DNA of 64,000 nt, from assembly GCA_900545665.1 (NCBI GenBank), contig UQZU01000009.1, forward strand, positions 1,476-65,475. Direction: 5' to 3'. This document shows positions 58,993 through 64,000 of this stretch, in pieces; the first letter of the stretch is position 1, and each line of letters starts with the position of its first letter. The translations under genes and the position numbers were made by a program. Source of the stretch: an uncultured Collinsella sp. Its GTDB lineage: Bacteria; Actinomycetota; Coriobacteriia; Coriobacteriales; Coriobacteriaceae. The notes under the pieces were generated by a model, which saw only the letters and a list, made by a program, of their open reading frames with translations, was not told the DNA's origin and did no database searches.

Positions 58993-59907
58993 TTACTCAG
59001 ACCGATCAGCTTCGCGCGACACGGGAATGCACAATCGAAGCAGCGAGCGCATCGCCTCTACCAGCACAAAGCCGGCGATGCCAACCGTGACCACAACGTC
59101 GAGCGGTGTGCTCACAAACCACAGCAGCCCCATGAGATACGACCCGGCATTAAAGGCAAAGTGCAGCAGGATCGTGTAGCGGAGCTTTCCAGTGGTCACG
59201 AACACCCAACCAAAAATGAGGCCGGCAGCGCCCGCATAGCAGCCCTGCACCCAGTTCATGTGCATAAAGCCGAAGACCGCCGCCTGCAGCACGATTGCCG
59301 CGGCGACGCCCCAGGTACTCGGGGCCGCCCAGGGCACTATAGCGCCGTCTTGCGCGTTCGCGCGGCGCCGGCGTTTCCAGAGCGGACAGCACTGCGGATT
59401 AAACGCACGCAGCGAAAACTCAAAGATGATGCCGCGTACCAGGAGCTCTTCGCAAACCGGCGCGCCGAGCACCGTGGTCAGGACGGCAAGAAGGCTGGTA
59501 TCGCCCATTCCCGTTTCCTCGACGAGCTCGCTATAGTCTGCCGCGACCTCGGGCAGCAGCGACAGCACGCCGTCGCATAGGTAGCTAATGACCACCTGCA
59601 TGGATAGGCCGATCACGACAACGCAGGCAATGCGCTTCCATGCCGCGCTTGCTCCCCCACCGAGCGGGCGCTCGCCTTGCCGGCGCGCCATGAAGGAGCG
59701 GGGCCACAGATAACGCCACCACAGCAGCGCCATCAAAAATGACGCCGTCTGAGCGGCAGCCTGGAACCACTGGATATCGAGATTGTCGATCGGGAAACCC
59801 GTCAGCGCCGACACGGCATCGAGAGCTGAAAACAGAACCACGCTCAGGGCTATATCGGCAGCAACAACACCAAAACAGGCAAGCGCCCAAATCATCGCAT
59901 TGAGCAT
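58993..59907 (-). CDS. CPBP family intramembrane glutamic endopeptidase (CAAX protease / Abi-like)
   Basis: Motifs CEELLVRG, FGFMH and HFAFN in a polytopic protein. GAGGAGG RBS before ATG 59907. Confidence 0.85.
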   Translation of the reverse strand: MLNAMIWALACFGVVAADIALSVVLFSALDAVSALTGFPIDNLDIQWFQAAAQTASFLMALLWWRYLWPRSFMARRQGERPLGGGASAAWKRIACVVVIGLSMQVVISYLCDGVLSLLPEVAADYSELVEETGMGDTSLLAVLTTVLGAPVCEELLVRGIIFEFSLRAFNPQCCPLWKRRRRANAQDGAIVPWAAPSTWGVAAAIVLQAAVFGFMHMNWVQGCYAGAAGLIFGWVFVTTGKLRYTILLHFAFNAGSYLMGLLWFVSTPLDVVVTVGIAGFVLVEAMRSLLRLCIPVSREADRSE

Positions 59908-59934
59908 GCCAACCTCCTCAAAACCCGGCACTTA

Positions 59935-59995
59935 GGGACGTTCCTTAACTGCCGGCAGAAAAGGAACGTCCCCAAGTGCCGGCAGTTTGGGACGG
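59935..59995. repeat. 12-bp hairpin plus TGCCGGCA repeats and a TTTGGGACGG motif, between the dinJ-like and CPBP genes
   Basis: GGGACGTTCCTT-aactgccggcagaa-AAGGAACGTCCC (59935-59972), then CAAGTGCCGGCAGTTTGGGACGG. Confidence 0.6.
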
Positions 59996-60199
59996 TCATT
60001 GTTGACGAGAATCGGGCGCAGCGCCAAAGGCCCCGTTGGGCGAAATGTCGAACGGGAAGGTGCCGCAGCGATTGAACGCGGCGATAAACATGCGGATGGC
60101 GTTGGACGGCGTGGTGCCCACGAGCTGGGTTGCCGCCGCGAAGGCCGCCTTTTCCTCGGGCAAGACCTTCGCGACAACCGGGGTCATGTGTTCTGCCAT
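59996..60199 (-). CDS. RelB/DinJ family antitoxin-like protein (no cognate toxin gene adjacent)
   Basis: ATG 60199 with an AAAGGAAG RBS. MAEHMTPVVAKVLPEEKAAFAAATQLVGTTPSNAIRMFIAAFNRCGTFPFDI matches the DinJ ribbon-helix-helix pattern. Confidence 0.7.
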   Translation of the reverse strand: MAEHMTPVVAKVLPEEKAAFAAATQLVGTTPSNAIRMFIAAFNRCGTFPFDISPNGAFGAAPDSRQQ

Positions 60200-60313
60200 G
60201 GCGCTTCCTTTTTGAAACGACGGTGATGCGGATAGATGCGGGCCACGCGGCTGGGCGACGGGCTGTGAAGGCAACCCGATTGGCCCGCATCTGGAGTTTG
60301 TTTCTACGGCGTT

Positions 60314-60359
60314 GGTATTACTTGGTATTCCTAAGTATTACCCCGCAGATAGAATACCA
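60314..60359. promoter_or_regulatory. Cluster of GTATTMC repeats (candidate operator) upstream of the dinJ-like gene
   Basis: GGTATTAC, GGTATTCC and AGTATTAC are in direct orientation, with an inverted GAATACCA. The cluster lies in an AT-richer patch 115-160 nt upstream of ATG 60199. Confidence 0.35.
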
Positions 60360-60414
60360 TACCCGGCCCTATGGAGACGGAGAAAAACGGATCATTTTGT
60401 TGCTGGGTAAGTAT

Positions 60415-61794
60415 TTAGAGCGTGATGATGTCCGAGATATCGAGGGCCCGAGCGTCAGCGGAATCGTGCGTGGCAAGCAACAGCATACGGCCGTCGAGCA
60501 AGTCGAGCACGGCCTCGGCGCATGCGTCGCGCGCAGCGGTATCTAGACCGGTAAAGGGCTCGTCCAGAATCACCGCGTCGCCTGGGCACAGCAGGGCTCG
60601 GGCAATCTCGACGCGACGGCGCTGCCCGCCCGAGAGCTCGGCCACACGAGCATGTACATCGACCCCCGGCACCAGCAGGCGCAACAGGGCTGCGGCACTC
60701 GAGGCATCCACGCGCGCGTCGGCGCACACCAGCACGTTATCCAAAGCCGAGGCGCCCTCTACCAGGCGCACATCCTGAAACACCATGGAGCACGGCGCGC
60801 ACTCGCCCGCCGCCAGCGCAAGCAGCGTCGACTTGCCCACGCCCGAAGCGCCCATCACGCAGGTGCGCCCACCAGCAGAAACGCGAAGTACCAGTCCATC
60901 GAGCGCCGGCGCCCAGGGCGCTCGGTCGCCCACGGCGAGCGCAAGCTCCGCAGCAGCCCTGCCGCCAGCAGAGCCGCCCGCACGTCCGCGACTACCACAC
61001 CCATGCGCCCGCACGGCAGCGCGCCACGCTACGGGCCCCGAAACCCGCAGCAGCCACACCAGCACACGCTCGCATGCCCACGATGCCGCCACGACTAGCA
61101 CGGTCCAAGCCAGCAGGTCAGCCGTCTCGATGAGCAGCTTCGCCTGATAGATGCGCTCACCCACGGTGCCCACCGCCATGCCGATCAGCTCCGCCGCCAC
61201 GCCGGCCTTCCAGCTCATGCCGATCACAGCGCGGGCGCACGAAAGCACAAACGGCAGGACCTCGCGCCAGGTGTGGGCGCAAAACAGACGCCAACCCCGC
61301 ACGCCATGCAGACGAAACATCTGCTCCAGCGGCTTATCCGCTTGCGTCAAACCCTCAACCAGCGAAAAATACACGCCCGGCAGCGCCATCAAAAAGACCG
61401 CCGCAATGCTCACGCGCGCCGACCCCAACCAAATGAGCAGCAGGACCACCACGCAGGCAACCGGTGTCGCCTTAACAAACGAAAGCGCCGGCGCCACCAG
61501 GCGGGCAAACGTTCGCGACCGCACCGAGGCCCCCGCCAGCACACCGCCGCACACCGCGGCAAGCGCCAAACCGCCTAGAATCCGCGCACCCGAGCCGGCC
61601 AGAATCGCCCACGTGGCGGCATCGCACACCAGCCGTAGCAACGCCACCACAACAGCGCCCGGCCCCGGCAAAATCAACGGCTGCGCCACCAGCGCCGCCG
61701 CGAAGACCCACACGGCAAGCCAAAAGGCGGCAACGGCACCTGCTGCCGCCACCGCCTTCATACGCTCTGTCATTTGTCGAGCAAACGCACGCAC
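60415..61794 (-). CDS. Fused ABC transporter permease-ATPase (NitT/TauT / ThiX-ThiZ-like)
   Basis: N-terminal ~250 aa is a polytopic permease. The C-terminus carries GASGVGKST, Q-loop FQD, LSGGQRRR, ILDEPFTGLD and LATHD. GTG 61794 is 3 nt after the SBP stop, with GGAG upstream. Confidence 0.85.
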   Translation of the reverse strand: MRAFARQMTERMKAVAAAGAVAAFWLAVWVFAAALVAQPLILPGPGAVVVALLRLVCDAATWAILAGSGARILGGLALAAVCGGVLAGASVRSRTFARLVAPALSFVKATPVACVVVLLLIWLGSARVSIAAVFLMALPGVYFSLVEGLTQADKPLEQMFRLHGVRGWRLFCAHTWREVLPFVLSCARAVIGMSWKAGVAAELIGMAVGTVGERIYQAKLLIETADLLAWTVLVVAASWACERVLVWLLRVSGPVAWRAAVRAHGCGSRGRAGGSAGGRAAAELALAVGDRAPWAPALDGLVLRVSAGGRTCVMGASGVGKSTLLALAAGECAPCSMVFQDVRLVEGASALDNVLVCADARVDASSAAALLRLLVPGVDVHARVAELSGGQRRRVEIARALLCPGDAVILDEPFTGLDTAARDACAEAVLDLLDGRMLLLATHDSADARALDISDIITL

Positions 61795-61797
61795 GGG

Positions 61798-62856
61798 CTA
61801 CTCCATGTAGTAGAAATCGTCAGCCGGGAGCTTGCCGCCCACGGCGCTCGCGTCCGCATCGGCCAGCACCTGCAGGTACCCACCGAGCGCCGCCTTCATA
61901 TCCCTCCCCGTCTGGCACACGAGCATGCACCCGGGAATCGCCTTTTCGGCAATCGCGGCGTTATCCACGATACCCGCATCGACCACGGCCTGAGCCCAGT
62001 CCGCCGGCGCCGCGTTCACGGCCTCAACGCTCGCAGCATGGCAGCTCAGGAATTCCGCCACGGCCTCGGGATGCTCCTCGGCAAAGGCACGGCGCACCAC
62101 GGTCACGCCCGTCAGCAGGCGCGAACCCGTGTCACCTGCCAGCTCATCCCACACATCGGTCAGACTTACCGGAGCCGACAGCTTGCCTTCGCTCTTTGCG
62201 ATGGCAGCGGTCTTGAACGGCTCCGGCAGCACGCCCACGGCAGACGGATCGGCAAGCAGGGCCGACAGCACCTCGGTGGGCTCGCTCTTAAACTCGAGCG
62301 TAACCTGGCCGGTCAGGCCCGCGCGTTCCAACAGGTAGTTCATGACGTACTCCGGCGTGGTACCCTTGCCCGTCATATAGACAGTATGACCCGCTAGATC
62401 GCCAAACGAGGCCACACTCGCGTCGCCCGTCACAACGTTCAGCACGCCCAGCGTGTTGATGTCGATGACCTGCACCGCACCCTCAGTCTTGTTGTAGAGT
62501 ACGCTCGCCACGTTGGCGGGCACCAGGGCGATATCGATATCGCCCTGAATGACCTTGGGCACAATCTCGTCGGCGGCAGCGTTGATCGCAAAGTCGAACT
62601 CATTGTCCGTGGCACCGTCGGCCGCCCGGTCCATAAACTGCACCAGCCCAATCGACGTCGGACCCTTGAGCGAGGCGACGTGCACCTCAACCGGCTCGGC
62701 AGCGGCACCGTCAGCGACAGACCCGGCAGCCGAGCCCGCGACAGACCCGGCACTGGCAGCCCCGCCGCCACAGCCCGCGAGCGCAAGCGACAGGGCGCCC
62801 GCGGCGAGCGCCGAGGAAAACCCCCGGCGCGACAGCTCAACATTAAACGCACGCAT
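61798..62856 (-). CDS. ABC transporter substrate-binding lipoprotein, NMT1/THI5 (ThiY)-like
   Basis: MRAFNV..ALSLALAGCGG contains a lipobox. Body is typical of NitT/TauT-family binding proteins. ATG 62856 is 2 nt after the hydrogenase stop. Confidence 0.85.
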   Translation of the reverse strand: MRAFNVELSRRGFSSALAAGALSLALAGCGGGAASAGSVAGSAAGSVADGAAAEPVEVHVASLKGPTSIGLVQFMDRAADGATDNEFDFAINAAADEIVPKVIQGDIDIALVPANVASVLYNKTEGAVQVIDINTLGVLNVVTGDASVASFGDLAGHTVYMTGKGTTPEYVMNYLLERAGLTGQVTLEFKSEPTEVLSALLADPSAVGVLPEPFKTAAIAKSEGKLSAPVSLTDVWDELAGDTGSRLLTGVTVVRRAFAEEHPEAVAEFLSCHAASVEAVNAAPADWAQAVVDAGIVDNAAIAEKAIPGCMLVCQTGRDMKAALGGYLQVLADADASAVGGKLPADDFYYME

Positions 62857-62858
62857 CG

Positions 62859-64000
62859 CTAGCACGCCCCCTCGTTGGGCATCGACCAGGCGTGATGGTC
62901 GGTATGCAGCAGCTCCTCGGCCAGCGGCGAAAGCGGCGCACCCAAGAACTCGCGATAGCACGCCTGAACGTCGGGATTCTCGTGCGAGAAGCGAATGTCC
63001 GCCTTCGCATCCAGGCCCCACAGCACCTGGCCGCGCTCGGCCGCCAGCTCGCAGCCGTCGTGGATGGGCTGACCGCCGCCACCGACGCAGCCGCCCGGGC
63101 ATGCCATAACCTCAACGAAGTCATAGCTCACGCGGCCGTCGCGAATCGCGTCGAGCAGACGGGCAGCGTTGCCCAGCCCGTGTGCCACGGCGACGCGCAC
63201 CTTGGTGCCCTCGATATCGGCCGCGGCTTCCTTCCAGCCGTCGAGTCCGCGCGTGTCGGTAAAGAAGTCGGCGTCGGGGTTCTTGCCCGTCACCAGGTAA
63301 TAGGCCGAGCGCACGGCGGCCTCCATCACGCCGCCCGTGGCGCCAAAAATCACACCCGCACCCGTGCCAAAGCCCAGCGGCGTATCGAGCGGCTCCTCAA
63401 CTAGCGTATCCACGCTCACGTGGCTCGCGCGGACCATGCGCACCATCTCGCGCACCGTCAGCGCAACGTCCACATCGGGCGTGCCGTCCTCGCCCACCAT
63501 GCTCGGCAGCGCGCACTCGGCCTTCTTGGCCGTGCACGGCATCACGGACACCACAAACAGGCGCTCGGGCTCCACGCCCAGCACCTTGGCGTAGTAGGTC
63601 TTGGCGATGGCGCCGAACATCTGCTGCGGCGACTTGGACGTGGACAGGCTGTCGACAAACTCGGGGTAACGCGCCTTCACAAAGCGTACCCAGCCCGGGC
63701 AGCAGCTCGTGAACATGGGCCAGCTGCGGCTGTCGCCCTCGCCCTTGGCGGCCTTACCCAGGCGCTCGAGCAGCTCGGAGCCCTCCTCCATAATGGTGAG
63801 ATCGGCCGAGAAATCGGTGTCGAACACGTACTCAAAGCCCACGCGGCGCAGCGCACAGGCCAGGCGCTCGACGGTGGCCTCATCGCGCGGAATACCGAGC
63901 TCCTCGCCCCAGGCGCTGCGCACGGCCGGCGCGATCTGCACCAGCACGATCTTGTCGGGATTAGCAAGCGCGTCAAACACGGTCTCGGTATCGTCGCGCT
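62859..64000 (-). CDS. [FeFe]-hydrogenase catalytic (H-cluster) subunit, N-terminus beyond the window
   Basis: H-cluster motifs FTSCCPGWV, VMPCTAKKAE and EVMACPGGCVGGGGQP. The frame stays open to the window edge. Confidence 0.9.
   Translation of the reverse strand, partial: RDDTETVFDALANPDKIVLVQIAPAVRSAWGEELGIPRDEATVERLACALRRVGFEYVFDTDFSADLTIMEEGSELLERLGKAAKGEGDSRSWPMFTSCCPGWVRFVKARYPEFVDSLSTSKSPQQMFGAIAKTYYAKVLGVEPERLFVVSVMPCTAKKAECALPSMVGEDGTPDVDVALTVREMVRMVRASHVSVDTLVEEPLDTPLGFGTGAGVIFGATGGVMEAAVRSAYYLVTGKNPDADFFTDTRGLDGWKEAAADIEGTKVRVAVAHGLGNAARLLDAIRDGRVSYDFVEVMACPGGCVGGGGQPIHDGCELAAERGQVLWGLDAKADIRFSHENPDVQACYREFLGAPLSPLAEELLHTDHHAWSMPNEGAC

Noticed and set aside
60130-60546. 138-aa plus-strand ORF across the dinJ-like promoter region
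   Set aside because: It overlaps the dinJ-like gene and the end of the ABC gene in antisense. Composition is R/P-rich and there is no RBS.

Overview
GC-rich bacterial chromosomal window with about 45 protein-coding genes. I found no rRNA, tRNA, CRISPR array, transposase or integrase. The gene content is class 3 FBPase, Fhs/FolD/cyclohydrolase, [FeFe]-hydrogenase, superoxide reductase, AddAB, and LPXTG-type or tail-anchored surface proteins. This suggests an anaerobic high-GC Gram-positive, possibly Coriobacteriia-like; that is inference only. Most long ORFs in the supplied track that run antisense to recognisable genes are GC-driven artefacts. Several track starts are alternative-codon over-extensions, which I corrected using RBS context.

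Housekeeping blocks:
- fchA-like/folD, and fhs
- ruvC-ruvA-ruvB with TGATG overlaps
- a one-strand DNA-maintenance run: SWIM-SNF2 helicase, dnaE, addB-addA
- Rrf2 regulator with cysK and mnmA
- fucO-like alcohol dehydrogenase, and ygiQ

Visibly more AT-rich accessory islets:
- a Tat-signal, cell-wall-anchored PI-PLC-like phospholipase
- a DUF1016 nuclease next to an uncharacterised zinc-ribbon protein
- a PTS-EIIBC / GH1 / AraC sugar module

Main finding: a cobalamin-riboswitch-like leader (minus strand, about 7795-7968) sits directly upstream of a terminator-delimited two-gene unit.
- The first gene encodes a 1237-aa tail-anchored surface protein with four tandem DUF4430 (transcobalamin-like) repeats, a PQQ/BamB-like beta-propeller and a Flg_new repeat.
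- The second encodes an N-terminally anchored DUF4430 protein.
- No transporter gene is attached. I propose this as a candidate, apparently uncharacterised, Gram-positive surface corrinoid-capture module.

Other observations:
- families of intergenic palindromic elements: two 63-bp palindromes with shared termini, a 129-bp nested-palindrome element, and a recurring AGCCCCGTCCCAAA motif in hairpin loops
- a 19-nt exact direct repeat flanking an orphan terminator
- a NadE-like protein with all hallmark catalytic motifs degenerate
- an [FeFe]-hydrogenase coupled to a ThiY/NMT1-like ABC importer with a fused permease-ATPase
- an orphan DinJ-like antitoxin upstream of a CPBP protease
- a small gene interrupted by an in-frame TAG
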